A stretch of 64,000 bases of DNA from Planctomycetota bacterium (GTDB taxonomy: Bacteria > Planctomycetota > PLA2 > JAEUHO01): NCBI GenBank assembly GCA_965222115.1, contig CBDCTJ010000007.1, forward strand, positions 896,001-960,000, written 5' to 3'. The translations under genes and the position numbers were made by a program. The notes under the pieces were generated by a model, which was not told the DNA's origin, did not search any database, and worked only from the letters and a program-made list of their open reading frames with translations. Each line of letters begins with the position of its first letter. Positions within the stretch are counted from its first letter, which is position 1. Shown piece by piece: positions 37,833 to 48,269 of this stretch.

Positions 37833-39689
37833 ATGAGCATGAAATCGGTTCTTTTGGGTGTGCTCTGGGTCGCCACGGTAGTTGCCGCCGGGTTCATCGG
37901 ATCAACGCTGGCGTCAGATCGCAGCCATGACGATGCAGGGGCGAATGCTGAGAAGGATCGCATCGAGCGAGACAAGCACGCGGATGCGGCTCCTGCACTC
38001 GTGTCGCAGCAAGACGCAAGCGGCGATCCTAAAACGCACGCATCCAAAGAAGGTGCGTCACCCGCCTCGGCATCTTCAAGGGCAGACACGTCGAACCCAC
38101 CCGAATCGAACCCACCCGAATCGAACCCGTCCGAATCGAATGCATTGGGCGCCGCGGCGTGGATCACGGTTGCTCCACCCGCGACCGCCGATGGCGAACC
38201 GATTCATGGTGTGGTGTATGCCGTTCCCGCCAAAACGAACGGCGACAACGACCTGGCCATGATGTCTCACGCCATCATCGATGGGCGCCGTAACATCGCG
38301 CAGCTTTCGGTGCCCGCAAAGGGCCGCTATGACATTGGATTCGTCCCCAACATGCACGGCTGGTGGACGGTGGTGAACGACATTCAATCTGCGCCCACGC
38401 CACATGAAGAGCCGCAGGTTACGTTGACCGTGCCCAATGACGTCGAACCCATTCGCGTTTCGGTGCCGGCGTTCTCGAGAGATGAGATCGCGCACATTCG
38501 CATCACGGCCCGCAACGTTGTGGATGAACTGCGCGTCATGTATCCCGGGCGTCAGGAGAAGCGCAACTGGGTGGTCGAGCGGGCCACGAATGCCGGCGGC
38601 GACCTAGCCATCTGTCAATGCATGAAGGGCGACGAGGTTGAGCTCCTTGCAAGCATGCAGGTCACGGGTCCCGAAGTGGGCCGCCAGAAGATCTTCTCGA
38701 TTGATCCCAGCCAACTAGGCGCAGAGCGAACCGCGAAGGGTATTTTTGGCAAGCCGGGCCGTTTGAAGATTGTGCTTAGTGACGACAAAGAAACTGTGGC
38801 CCTTCGATTGCGACCCTACGGGCATTGGCGCGTGCGCATGCCCTACATGCCTCCCGCGCCGCCGTTGTTTGCGTTGGCAGGAACCCACGATATCGAATGG
38901 CGAACACAGTCGCGGCGCGGTGTGAAGAAGGGCATTACGCTTAAAGCCGGTGACGTCACAACGGTATCGTTGGATCTCTCATCGGGAGATGCATGGAAGG
39001 CGCCCATTGGCTACTTTGCATCCTTTGAGCAGCCTCAGATTCCGTATAGGCCGTTAGGCAGCGGCGCGCCCGGCGCGGTCCCGCTTGGTGGCATTCCGCC
39101 ACTCACACCACCCGGGATGACGCCGGAGGAACCGGTTGATCCAAGCCAAGTGGTCACGATTCACGTGGATCATCCGGTGGATGGTGCGCCGTCCGATGCG
39201 GCGGCACGTCGGGATATACCGGGCGTACGTAATTGGTCGCAGGCCTTTGTCGATGGCGATACTGGACAGCTCGCGTTGCGCGGTCTTGGAACGCATATCG
39301 CCGTAGTGGTGTCGGTCAATCCAGAGCGTCCTATGACCGAAGCCTACGCTTCGACCTACCACAAAGTAAAGGCAGGCGAATCGTGGAATGCGAAACTCAA
39401 GCGAGGCGGATATCTACACGTTGTTCGTAAGAAGCCCGCGCCGCGCGGTGCCCCCGCACTGCTTTTCGCGCTCAAGAGTGGTGGTCCACTTCCGCGTGTC
39501 ATGGATGAGGCATCGGAAGAGCCGGGTGCCGTTGCGTGGACGGTGTTTGCGCCGATCGAAACGTCGATCACGCTTGGGCCGTTTCAAGAAGGCAAGCACA
39601 CGTTTGAAGCCTATATGGGCAAGTCTCAAGTCGGTCGCTACCCCGTCACCATTCGCTCCGGGGAACTTTCGGTTCTGATCATCAAGTGA
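37833..39689 (+). CDS. Hypothetical membrane-anchored beta-rich protein
   Basis: Long ORF, N-terminal TM helix, low-complexity linker. Confidence 0.7.
   Translation: MSMKSVLLGVLWVATVVAAGFIGSTLASDRSHDDAGANAEKDRIERDKHADAAPALVSQQDASGDPKTHASKEGASPASASSRADTSNPPESNPPESNPSESNALGAAAWITVAPPATADGEPIHGVVYAVPAKTNGDNDLAMMSHAIIDGRRNIAQLSVPAKGRYDIGFVPNMHGWWTVVNDIQSAPTPHEEPQVTLTVPNDVEPIRVSVPAFSRDEIAHIRITARNVVDELRVMYPGRQEKRNWVVERATNAGGDLAICQCMKGDEVELLASMQVTGPEVGRQKIFSIDPSQLGAERTAKGIFGKPGRLKIVLSDDKETVALRLRPYGHWRVRMPYMPPAPPLFALAGTHDIEWRTQSRRGVKKGITLKAGDVTTVSLDLSSGDAWKAPIGYFASFEQPQIPYRPLGSGAPGAVPLGGIPPLTPPGMTPEEPVDPSQVVTIHVDHPVDGAPSDAAARRDIPGVRNWSQAFVDGDTGQLALRGLGTHIAVVVSVNPERPMTEAYASTYHKVKAGESWNAKLKRGGYLHVVRKKPAPRGAPALLFALKSGGPLPRVMDEASEEPGAVAWTVFAPIETSITLGPFQEGKHTFEAYMGKSQVGRYPVTIRSGELSVLIIK
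38091..38140 (+). repeat. 15-bp in-frame tandem repeat (SNPPE) x3.3
   Basis: TCGAACCCACCCGAA units. Confidence 0.85.
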
Positions 39690-39737
39690 CCGTTGCGCCA
39701 GATCTGCTGAGTACGCAGTAGAGTGTGAGGCGCCGTG

Positions 39738-41174
39738 ATGCGTCGCCTCGCCCTCATTGTGTTCTTCGCGCTTGCCGCCTACTCGGCGATCACTGCATTT
39801 CCCGTGATGAGCGCGCGGAGTCCCAGCGAAGCGGAGATTCAGCGCGTTGAGGACATGCTCAATGATCCGGCGCGGCTCAGTGATCTGGATGCGTCGGCGC
39901 GCATTTCCCTGCTTCCGGCGTTGCGAACTGTTCTGCAGCAGTCTCGCAATCGCGTGGTTGAGCATGTGCTTGAACCTGCACAAATGCGACGCGCCGAAGT
40001 TATGGACATCTTGGGCCAGGCATGGATGTTTTTTGCGATGATTGCTGGCGGATTCGTATTCGTGGCCGGAATGTTTGCGGGCAAATCCTCGGGACGCTGG
40101 TGGCGTGCTCTCGTGTATGCGTTGGGTGCAGCACCGCTTTTTGTGTTGGCGTGTTCGTTGCTTTTCGTGCCGTTGTTTGGCGTGCTTGTCATCAATGGTG
40201 CGCTGGCCGAGTCCCTCGATCCGCAACGCGCGTTGGTGGAAGGCATGCACGCCGTACTGCACGAGTCGGCCGATCGATTGTTACTTCAAGAGCCCGCGCC
40301 GCTTGCACCCATGGCTGCGGGCATCACCGCCGACGATCCCATGGCGCTTGAGCGGTTGCGCGATCACTTCCCCAAACTTGCTGAGACGTTTCGCCCGATA
40401 GTTCAGTTGGTACGCACGTGGGTCGCCCTCGGACAATGGATCCCCGCACTGCTCATGCTTGCAACGGCGTTGCTGTTTCTAGTCGGTGTCCGGAGCGTGC
40501 TTCTGGACGTGGGGCGTATGCCTTTACGTGCCGCCCGTGGCGAGCCGAAGCCCCTTCGACGAACGCTTACCGCTGTAGCGCGGACGCTGTGGCGCGAGTT
40601 GGGAACGGCGTTTGTCCTGTGTGTCGTCGTGCTGGCCATGTCGATTCTTGCTGGTGTGGCGGTGCAGGCGCTTGGATGTGGCGGCGTGCGCTGCTTGCTC
40701 GAACAACTCAAACGCGTGAGCGTAGAACTCGCCCATCAAGAGACGCCGGCGTATGGATCCATGGTGGCGGCGCTCAGTGCAGTTCCGGTTGTGCTCATGC
40801 TTGGCATCCTGTTGATTGCCGCGTCGGCGCTTGCGGTCATTCTGAGTGCCCGCAGCGGTCGAAAAGCGCAAGGCGGACGTGCAGGGTTCAAGGCGTCTTG
40901 GCGCTTGATGCGACCCATGGCACAAGTGCAGTGGGTGATTCCAGTCGCCCTGATGGTCGTTGGCAAGTTGGCTCAACGTCAAGCCATCGTCGTTCGTGAC
41001 GCGGCGAAGGCTGATTCGTCTTCAGCGTTCTGGTGGATTCCCATCGGGCTCTTGATGGCCGTGTTGTTGATTGCCTGGCTAGCTCGCATTTGCGATGCGG
41101 TGCGAACGCTATGGCGATCGTGTCGCTCGCTACTCCACGTGGCGCAAACGACCCCCAACTCCAGTCAGCCGTAG
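39738..41174 (+). CDS. Hypothetical polytopic membrane protein
   Basis: Multiple hydrophobic segments. Confidence 0.7.
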   Translation: MRRLALIVFFALAAYSAITAFPVMSARSPSEAEIQRVEDMLNDPARLSDLDASARISLLPALRTVLQQSRNRVVEHVLEPAQMRRAEVMDILGQAWMFFAMIAGGFVFVAGMFAGKSSGRWWRALVYALGAAPLFVLACSLLFVPLFGVLVINGALAESLDPQRALVEGMHAVLHESADRLLLQEPAPLAPMAAGITADDPMALERLRDHFPKLAETFRPIVQLVRTWVALGQWIPALLMLATALLFLVGVRSVLLDVGRMPLRAARGEPKPLRRTLTAVARTLWRELGTAFVLCVVVLAMSILAGVAVQALGCGGVRCLLEQLKRVSVELAHQETPAYGSMVAALSAVPVVLMLGILLIAASALAVILSARSGRKAQGGRAGFKASWRLMRPMAQVQWVIPVALMVVGKLAQRQAIVVRDAAKADSSSAFWWIPIGLLMAVLLIAWLARICDAVRTLWRSCRSLLHVAQTTPNSSQP

Positions 41175-41207
41175 TGCCGCCCTCACAGATGGGGCTACAC
41201 TTTGCCC

Positions 41208-44018
41208 ATGCGAAGAATGTTTGCTCTGGGACTTGTGTTCGCTTTGGTCGTGCCAATGGCACGTGCAGAAGAGGGCGGCGAACGGACCGTGCGCTTGCAG
41301 TGGGAGCCCGGCCACTTTGGTACGACGGCTACGGGTCGCGTGCCTCTTCGGGTCAAGCCCGTAAAGGGCGTTACGCTTCCATCGGCGGGTAAAGCAGCGC
41401 TATGGTATGCGCGCATCAAAATGGCTGAATCAAAGGGGTTGGCGATTGCGCTCGATCCCACCATCGATGATCCCCGCATATGGGTCGATCGAGACTTCGA
41501 TAGCGATTTGCACCGTGAAAAAGTACATCGCTTCTCTAAGGCACGCGGTACGTGGGAGCGGCAGATCACTGTCCTTGCGCCCTACGAAGACGATCTCGTG
41601 CCCGTGCCACTTCCCTTGGTGTTTCGTTTCACCATGAAGGACGGTGAGCCCTACTTGACCGTTCGTTGCCCGATGCATCGACGCGGTAGCGTGGTACTTG
41701 CTGGTCGGGTGCGCTTCCTGGCATTGACGGATGGCAACTACGACATGTGCCTCAACGATCCCAAGCGCGATTCGATTTTCATCGACTTGAATGGCGATCG
41801 CCGGATCAACGTGCGCGGCGCATTGAGCGAGCGTGTGACGGCGGGCGAGGCGTTTCGCGTAGGCAGTGAGGGGTGGATAGCCAGTGTGCCGCGTCGTTCC
41901 GGTCTTGTCGTCACCTTCAAGCGCGCTGCAACTGTTCCTTCTGCGCCGGAGCGTGCCTGGGTGGACACGTCGATTCCCAAGGCGGGGGTCAAGCGCACGA
42001 AGCCAAATTCTTCGCTCGATGAGCTCAAGATCAAATTCGCGGCGGAAACGAAAGCGCCGGCCAACGCGCGCATGCAGATTGTGACCGAAATTGGGGCGCT
42101 GGGAACACAAGCGGCGTATGCGTTTTTGATGGAGCTTGGAAAAAAGGAAAAAGACTTAAATGTGCGTGCCGCGGCCTACCGGGCGTTAGGCAACGTGGCC
42201 TTCCGAGACATTGGGGCCGACGCCGTTGGTCAGCTGGCCAAGAAGGCACGCGGCAACGATGCCAACGCGCTTGCCCAGGCGCTCTACTACATGGGTGCCG
42301 AGGATCGAAACGCAGTATATCAAAGCATGTTGGCAGGATCCGATCCGTCGGCGGTGTCTGCGGCCGCGCGTTGGTTGGCGTACGACGCCGATGAAGCCAC
42401 GCGCAAGAAGCTACTGCGCTTGGTGAAAGAACACTCCACGCCCGCGACCCGTTATTCGGTTTACACGCAGGGTCTTCGCAATCTTCGCGAGGGGCCTCCC
42501 GTCGATGTCATGCGCGCGTGTTTGAAAGACAGCTACGTCCCGCTTCGCGCGGCGGCCACCGAGGATCTTGCCAAGCTCGGAAAGGATGACGCGATAAAGA
42601 GCGCGCTGGCACTTGCGCGAGTGCGACCCGTGGCGACGCAAGCCGTGAACGCCATGACTCGTGTGTTGGGGCAAGACGGAAGCGGACCGTCCGTGGAAGC
42701 ATTGATTTCGTTACTCGGAGCGTCCGGGTTTCAGCCCACACAGGCGCGGCTTGTACTTGAAGCCCTTCGCCCCCTTCGATCCAAAGAAGCCACGAAGGCG
42801 TTTATCACCGCCCTGAAACATGATTCCCCTACCGTTCGCGCGACCGCCGCCGAGATCTTGGCGTCGATTCCTGACAAAGAGAGTACCCAAGCGCTTGTGA
42901 AGCAAGCCAAGCGCGAGAAAGATTCAAACGCGTTGGCGCAAATGCTGGAAGCGCTCGGTGATCATGGCAATGAACTTGCGTTACCACTCCTGCTCAAGCG
43001 CGCGGGGAAGCGCAAGTCCACCGACACCAAACTAGCCGCCGTTCGTGCGCTGGGTCGCATTGGTTATGCCAATCCTAAAGTTCGAAAGCTCCTAGTGAAG
43101 TTTCTAGATTCTGGTCGCGACGGGGAACGCATGATTGCCCTCGACGCCGCCGGTTCGTCAAACGATCCCAAGCTGATTCCCACAATCGTCAAGAGTCTCT
43201 CCCACAAACGCTGGCAAGTTCGGCTCACAGCCGTGGAAGCCCTGCGTACATTGCGACACAAGAACGTGATTGAACCGTTGATCGCGATACTCGAAAACGA
43301 AGAGGAGCCTCGCACCCGCGATGCCATTGCCGGCGCGCTGTTTCATGTGACCGGCCAGTCGTTTTACGACAGCTATTCGGTCTGGCGCAAGTGGTTCGAC
43401 AACGAGGGCAAAGCGTTTGAGGTGCCGGCGACGATTCCCACGCGCGACACCGGGCATGTGGGCGGCACCGAAGAGGCGGGCTTTTATGGCATTCCCATTC
43501 GAGCCGGGCGCGTTGTCTTTGTGATTGACCAGTCGGGTAGCATGAGCGCGCAGGGCATGACCACCAATGAGGAAGAAGAGGAAACGCCGCCCCATCGACT
43601 TGAACTTGCACGTCGTGAAGTGGTTCAGGCCGTAAAGAAGCTAAAGAGGCAGGCCCACGTAAACGTTATACTGTTCCACACCACTATCCATCCCTGGAAG
43701 AAGACGTTGCAGCGGCTCACGCCCGGCAATCGCAACGCACTAACCAACTACCTCAAGAATAAAAAGCCCACCGGTGGCACGAATATTTACGACGCGTTGG
43801 AAGCGGCATTGCGCATGCCCAATGTGGATTCTATTTTCCTGCTGTCCGACGGTGCCCCTGGAGCGGGCAAGTACGTAACGACCACCGACATCTTGCGAGG
43901 CATTCGCCGTGAGAATCAAACGCGACGCATTGCGATTCACTGTGTATCGATTGGGATGGATAGCATCTTGCTAAAGCGATTGGCGGAAGAGAACGCTGGG
44001 AGTTACGTGAGGCGATAA
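41208..44018 (+). CDS. Secreted HEAT-repeat protein with C-terminal vWA domain
   Basis: Signal peptide, HEAT repeats, FYGIP, DQSGSM / GGTN / LSDG MIDAS motif. Confidence 0.88.
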   Translation: MRRMFALGLVFALVVPMARAEEGGERTVRLQWEPGHFGTTATGRVPLRVKPVKGVTLPSAGKAALWYARIKMAESKGLAIALDPTIDDPRIWVDRDFDSDLHREKVHRFSKARGTWERQITVLAPYEDDLVPVPLPLVFRFTMKDGEPYLTVRCPMHRRGSVVLAGRVRFLALTDGNYDMCLNDPKRDSIFIDLNGDRRINVRGALSERVTAGEAFRVGSEGWIASVPRRSGLVVTFKRAATVPSAPERAWVDTSIPKAGVKRTKPNSSLDELKIKFAAETKAPANARMQIVTEIGALGTQAAYAFLMELGKKEKDLNVRAAAYRALGNVAFRDIGADAVGQLAKKARGNDANALAQALYYMGAEDRNAVYQSMLAGSDPSAVSAAARWLAYDADEATRKKLLRLVKEHSTPATRYSVYTQGLRNLREGPPVDVMRACLKDSYVPLRAAATEDLAKLGKDDAIKSALALARVRPVATQAVNAMTRVLGQDGSGPSVEALISLLGASGFQPTQARLVLEALRPLRSKEATKAFITALKHDSPTVRATAAEILASIPDKESTQALVKQAKREKDSNALAQMLEALGDHGNELALPLLLKRAGKRKSTDTKLAAVRALGRIGYANPKVRKLLVKFLDSGRDGERMIALDAAGSSNDPKLIPTIVKSLSHKRWQVRLTAVEALRTLRHKNVIEPLIAILENEEEPRTRDAIAGALFHVTGQSFYDSYSVWRKWFDNEGKAFEVPATIPTRDTGHVGGTEEAGFYGIPIRAGRVVFVIDQSGSMSAQGMTTNEEEEETPPHRLELARREVVQAVKKLKRQAHVNVILFHTTIHPWKKTLQRLTPGNRNALTNYLKNKKPTGGTNIYDALEAALRMPNVDSIFLLSDGAPGAGKYVTTTDILRGIRRENQTRRIAIHCVSIGMDSILLKRLAEENAGSYVRR

Positions 44019-44194
44019 GCACTCGGAGAATCGGTAACGACTTCAAGACGTGGAAGAGTAACGGCTGTGTCGCAAATGACTCGATTTACCATGTGAGATC
44101 GATATGTTGAGGATTCATGTTCCTATAGGGGATTGTGGCGTTCATGCAGTCAGCAAACACAATGTTGAGTGTGGGAGAGTCTCTCCGAATCCTC

Positions 44195-44223
44195 TTGAGC
44201 TTTGGCGTCTGGTGAGGTAATAT
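44195..44223 (+). promoter_or_regulatory. Putative sigma70 promoter for the small lipoprotein gene
   Basis: TTGAGC-N17-TAATAT, 33 nt upstream of ATG 44257. Confidence 0.5.
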
Positions 44224-44256
44224 AGCCCTATTCCGGTTTCTACTGGGAGTTGCAGC

Positions 44257-44415
44257 ATGAAGCACAGGTTTCGATGGGTGATGGCCCTCGGGGTACTTCT
44301 AGTCTTGTCGTGCCCCTTGGTGGCTTGTGGGGGCGGTGGTGGTGGAGGCGGTAATAACAACGCACCGGGTAGCGTATGGGACTCGATGAATTGGGACAAT
44401 GATGTGTGGCAGTAA
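44257..44415 (+). CDS. 52-aa lipoprotein with C-terminal WDxxxWDxxxW motif
   Basis: Not in ORF track. MKHRFRWVMALGVLLVLSCPLVA-CGGGGGGGGNNNAPGSVWDSMNWDNDVWQ*; GGGAG RBS, lipobox LVAC. Confidence 0.85.
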   Translation: MKHRFRWVMALGVLLVLSCPLVACGGGGGGGGNNNAPGSVWDSMNWDNDVWQ

Positions 44416-44538
44416 CACATGTGAGCCTATTCTCTTGCCTGTCCGGATGATGGAGTCTTATCGTTTGTTTCAGGGTTTGGGTTTGGTCTTCAGGGCAGTA
44501 AATAAGGCGCTTGCAGGCAGTCAAATGGGAGTTCATAA

Positions 44539-45144
44539 ATGAAGCGCGACTACAGCTCGTTCACGATCGGCATGCTCGTCTTGCCGTTGGGTCTGGTGGG
44601 TTTGGGCGTGGCCCTGGCAAGCAGCGTCAGTACGCCCAATACCTTTGTTGGGGGCACAACGGCCGTCGCGGCAGAGGTCAACGCCAATTTTGCGGCGCAC
44701 GAAGCGGCGATCAACGATAATGATGCTCGCATTGATGCCGATGCGCTTGGACGCAGTGTTATTACCTACAACGGCATACTAAACTTTTCGCCGACAGTCG
44801 ATTTCACGTATGAGAAGGCGAAAGTCTTAGGCTTCTTTACCAAGATGCGAGCCGGTACCGATATCAAGTTGACATGGAACAGCCACGTCGATCACGACGG
44901 GGGGTTTGCGAATTGCCAGCTCCGAGTAAACGACGTTGCGGGCGGAGACGGTTCTGTTGGAGCCGGCGCACTTGTCTGGGGGGGTAGCCGCGTTCCAGCA
45001 AATACTTGGGTAATTTTCCAGGGGCTTCCCGCGGGCGTCCATGAGGTCAGTCTCTGGATTCGCTCGACTGCGGTCACGACTGTCCGGGAGAACGACGGCA
45101 ACTACTCGCGCCAGGTCTTGGTCGAAGAGCAGGCAGCGCAGTAG
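44539..45144 (+). CDS. Secreted protein with tail-fibre-like N-terminal motif and beta-sandwich head
   Basis: GGGAG RBS, signal peptide, TPNTFVGGTTAVAAEVNANF, short coiled coil, beta-rich C-terminus. Confidence 0.75.
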   Translation: MKRDYSSFTIGMLVLPLGLVGLGVALASSVSTPNTFVGGTTAVAAEVNANFAAHEAAINDNDARIDADALGRSVITYNGILNFSPTVDFTYEKAKVLGFFTKMRAGTDIKLTWNSHVDHDGGFANCQLRVNDVAGGDGSVGAGALVWGGSRVPANTWVIFQGLPAGVHEVSLWIRSTAVTTVRENDGNYSRQVLVEEQAAQ

Positions 45145-45167
45145 AAGTAGTGGTTGCGGCGGCCCGT

Positions 45168-45192
45168 GAGGGGCGGCAGGCTGCCGTCCCTC
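45168..45192. terminator. GC-rich hairpin between convergent genes
   Basis: GAGGGGCGGCA-GGC-TGCCGTCCCTC. Confidence 0.5.
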
Positions 45193-45267
45193 GTGTTTCG
45201 CCCGGCATCCGGACGGCAATTGATCGAGGCGAAGAACCAAGTTGAGCTTCTGGGCCGCGTGAACGCG

Positions 45268-46521
45268 TTAGTCGCCGTCCGGTAATTCCAACTGCTCAAT
45301 TCCGGGCAACGCGCTTCCCGCAATCGCCTGCAACTCGCCGTACATCATGCTTGTGCTTTGGAGCACCATGCCGAGTTGTTTCTCGCGTTTGGCCCAGTGA
45401 CGGGTAAGAGCGCGTTTCTCGGCTTCAAGGTCGCTGCGCATGGTTTCGTAAGACTCGAGAATTTGTTCAATACGATGGCGAAACTCCTGGCCGCAGAGGT
45501 AGCGATAGAGTTGTTCCATTTTGGTCTGCTTGCCGGTCTCGGACTGTCGGGTGGCGTGGACCTTCACAACGAGTTCGCGGATCGAAATTGCCAGGGGCAC
45601 CGCCGAGCGCAAGTCGGTGATCCACACGCCATCCACCAGCCCAAATCGATCTACGTCCTTCGGTAGCACGGAACTTACGAGAATGGCGGCGTCGGCATTG
45701 GCGGCGCGTTGATCGCCGCGCGTCTTGGCAAGCCATGCAGGGCTGAAGTTCTTGGTGCGCTTGCTCTCCCACAGAATCGTGCCCGCTACGGCGCCGGTGT
45801 TTAGCGTTACTCGTTGCACGCAATCGCCGCCGTGCACGCCTTTGGCCACGGGTTGAATCGCATCGGTGGGGAATGCACTGCGGAGCGTGGACTCGAGATC
45901 AAGTTCTTGGACCTCTCCTTGGTGCTGCTGCGAACCCTGCTCGGCTTTGCGCTTCACGTCTTCGATTTGCAGCTTGAGATCGCCGATGAGTTTGTCGCGT
46001 TCGGCCAGTTGAAGTCGATGCTGATCGTCGAGGTCCCTTTTGGCCGCGGCGCGGATCTTGGCTCGTTCGGCGTCGAGTTGACGGGCCTTTTCGATCTCCA
46101 ATTCCCGTTCGCGATCTTCGAGAGCCATCACCCTCTTACGCAGCGCGAGTTCGTTGTCTTGACTTTCCTTCGTTCGCTTTTGGTGGGCCGCCAGGGCGTC
46201 TTGAAGACTGGCGACTTCTACGCGTTGCTTTTCGGCAGCTTGTTTCTCCGCGACGTCTTTGAGCTGCTTTTCCCTCTCCGCTACGCGGGCCGCAACGGTT
46301 TCGTCCACGGATTGAAGTGCGGCGGTGGTCTTGGCTTGCTCGGCCTTAAGTGCGGCTTCGCGCTTCGCGATGGCAGCCATGCGCTGCTCGTGTTCGCTCT
46401 CAAGCTTGGCCTGTGCCGCCTCGATCAACGGCCTCGCAATCGTCTCGGTCAAGCGAAATGACGTGCCGCAATGCGGGCAGGCAATGGCCGACTCATCAAT
46501 TTGGGATGCGGGTGAAGTCAT
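45268..46521 (-). CDS. DUF2130-family coiled-coil protein
   Basis: CPHCG, long coiled coil, GSQQ.QGE..EL.LE, KG..GGD, WESKRTK. Confidence 0.88.
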   Translation of the reverse strand: MTSPASQIDESAIACPHCGTSFRLTETIARPLIEAAQAKLESEHEQRMAAIAKREAALKAEQAKTTAALQSVDETVAARVAEREKQLKDVAEKQAAEKQRVEVASLQDALAAHQKRTKESQDNELALRKRVMALEDRERELEIEKARQLDAERAKIRAAAKRDLDDQHRLQLAERDKLIGDLKLQIEDVKRKAEQGSQQHQGEVQELDLESTLRSAFPTDAIQPVAKGVHGGDCVQRVTLNTGAVAGTILWESKRTKNFSPAWLAKTRGDQRAANADAAILVSSVLPKDVDRFGLVDGVWITDLRSAVPLAISIRELVVKVHATRQSETGKQTKMEQLYRYLCGQEFRHRIEQILESYETMRSDLEAEKRALTRHWAKREKQLGMVLQSTSMMYGELQAIAGSALPGIEQLELPDGD

Positions 46522-46583
46522 TGGGGTTCTCGCGTTCATTCAAACGGGACCCCGCAGTATCGGTGCCTACGGGGACGCCCGGC

Positions 46584-46961
46584 TTATTCCCTCGCGTTCG
46601 CCTTGCGATTGCGGCGCGCAGTCATGAAGGAGTTCATGGCTAGTCCGAAGAACGCGAGACAGAGTATGGCCATTGCGCCTTTGCCCTGCACAGCCAATGC
46701 ATTTTCAACGGCTTCGCCTTGCGCGTGCTTCAGGAGCTTCGGGATTGCCATCACGGTACCGCCCAGTCCAACGAGGCTCAACAGCGCCGCCACATGCATG
46801 GCATGCTTGCGACGCTCGGGCGTAGTGGCGACTGCCGCGCAGATGAGGAACAGCGCTCCCAAGTAAGCGGGGATCAAGGCTGTCTTTTCACCTGATTTGA
46901 AGAACAAGCCGAGCCCAAGAGCGATGAAGACGATCCCAAAGATGGTGGTCCAGCGGCGCAT
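46584..46961 (-). CDS. Small membrane protein
   Basis: TALIPA, RKHAMH.AA, SF..ARR; four TM helices; GGAG RBS. Confidence 0.8.
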   Translation of the reverse strand: MRRWTTIFGIVFIALGLGLFFKSGEKTALIPAYLGALFLICAAVATTPERRKHAMHVAALLSLVGLGGTVMAIPKLLKHAQGEAVENALAVQGKGAMAILCLAFFGLAMNSFMTARRNRKANARE

Positions 46962-47114
46962 AGCGACTCCTTGTGCGGCGTGACTGCGGTCGATCGAATT
47001 CGCGAGCGTATGCATGGCGCATCCATCCCGCGCGGTCGGGTATTCTCACGACGGCATGCACCAAGACGCGACTGATTTCCAATCCATCCTTCGACGGCGC
47101 GTGGGTGCGCGTGC

Positions 47115-48269
47115 ATGACCAATCCCTCCCTCTCGCCCTGGGTCTACGTGCGTCGCAATTTGCGTCGCGTCTTACCGGTCTTGGCGATTCAGGCGCTCGT
47201 GACCTACCTCCTGGTGGTCATTATCACGCCCACCAACTCCTTTGAAACCACGGGCGTCTCGACGCTACGTGCGTTTGATTTCTTCACCGTGGTTACGCCT
47301 CAGCGGCGTGCCACGTTCGAAGACGACCTACTCGAACTTCTCGATGCCACGCCGGGCCTAGAGAAACGCGTGGAAGCGCGCGCATTTTGGATGCGTACGC
47401 CGATGATTATTGGCAATAGCTATGCACCGCTGATGGCACTTACCGACGAGGTGCGTGATGAGTTCTGCCGGCGACTCGGACTGTCGCTCGTCGAGGGGAT
47501 CTACCCCGAGAAGGACACCAACGGCGTTGCGGTGCACCGCGCGGTACTCAAAGCGCGCAACCTCAGCCTCGGCGACGAATTCGGTCGCCTCGTGGATGAA
47601 ACCCACGCCGCGCCCGGGCGCTTCAAGATCGTGGGTGTATTGGATGGCGAAACGCGTCTTGGCATTGCTGACTTCACGTTCGCGGCAAGGCCACGTTTCG
47701 TATTGTCTCGTCGGCCCCCGTTTCAACTCGTCTATGCGCCCTCCGGAGACCTCGCTGCGTGCAGTGAGTCGTTGCGCCAAGCAAAGGTCGATGGCGACGC
47801 CGCGTTTCGCGTGATCGACGCCAAGTATGTTCGTCAACGTATGGACAACATTCTGCGCAACGTGCCGCTCATTCTTGGGTTCATCGTGGGTAGTGTGGCG
47901 ATTCTCGTTGCGCTCATGACGTCGCTGCTCACGCTCATTAGCTTTCAGTTGCGCGTCGATGAGTTTGGGCTCCTACTTGCGGTGGGTCATAGGCGCGGTG
48001 CGCTTGTACGCAAGCTCGCCTTTGAAAGCGGCGTCGTGGCGCTGGTGGGCTGGGCGATTGGCCTTGCGTTGGGGCTGCTCACGGTGTGGCTTTACAACCG
48101 CCTCGCGCTTGAGCCACGCGGTGTGTTGATGCAGGTTGTCGATCCGCGTCCGATTCTGCTTTCGTTGGCTGTGCCGCTGCTCGCGACGGGCGTGAGCGCA
48201 TTCATGCTCGCGCGGCGTTTGCGGAGTATGGATCCGGTGTCGGTTCTTCAACGTCGAGGTGCCGATTAA
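47115..48269 (+). CDS. FtsX/MacB-type ABC permease
   Basis: TM-periplasmic domain-3TM layout, R..EFGLL.A.G, DPVSV. Confidence 0.85.
   Translation: MTNPSLSPWVYVRRNLRRVLPVLAIQALVTYLLVVIITPTNSFETTGVSTLRAFDFFTVVTPQRRATFEDDLLELLDATPGLEKRVEARAFWMRTPMIIGNSYAPLMALTDEVRDEFCRRLGLSLVEGIYPEKDTNGVAVHRAVLKARNLSLGDEFGRLVDETHAAPGRFKIVGVLDGETRLGIADFTFAARPRFVLSRRPPFQLVYAPSGDLAACSESLRQAKVDGDAAFRVIDAKYVRQRMDNILRNVPLILGFIVGSVAILVALMTSLLTLISFQLRVDEFGLLLAVGHRRGALVRKLAFESGVVALVGWAIGLALGLLTVWLYNRLALEPRGVLMQVVDPRPILLSLAVPLLATGVSAFMLARRLRSMDPVSVLQRRGAD

Noticed and set aside
38091-38140. SNPPE repeat as a regulatory repeat
   Set aside because: In-frame 15-bp unit inside a low-complexity linker; ordinary slippage.
44020-46540. 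Integron cassette array explaining the AT-richer patch
   Set aside because: No paired RYYYAAC/GTTRRRY attC structures or integron integrase could be identified.
47014-47118. Short ORF ending DFQSILRRR..., resembling a permease C-terminus and overlapping the permease start
   Set aside because: Similarity is too short, with no RBS or TM segment; may be chance.
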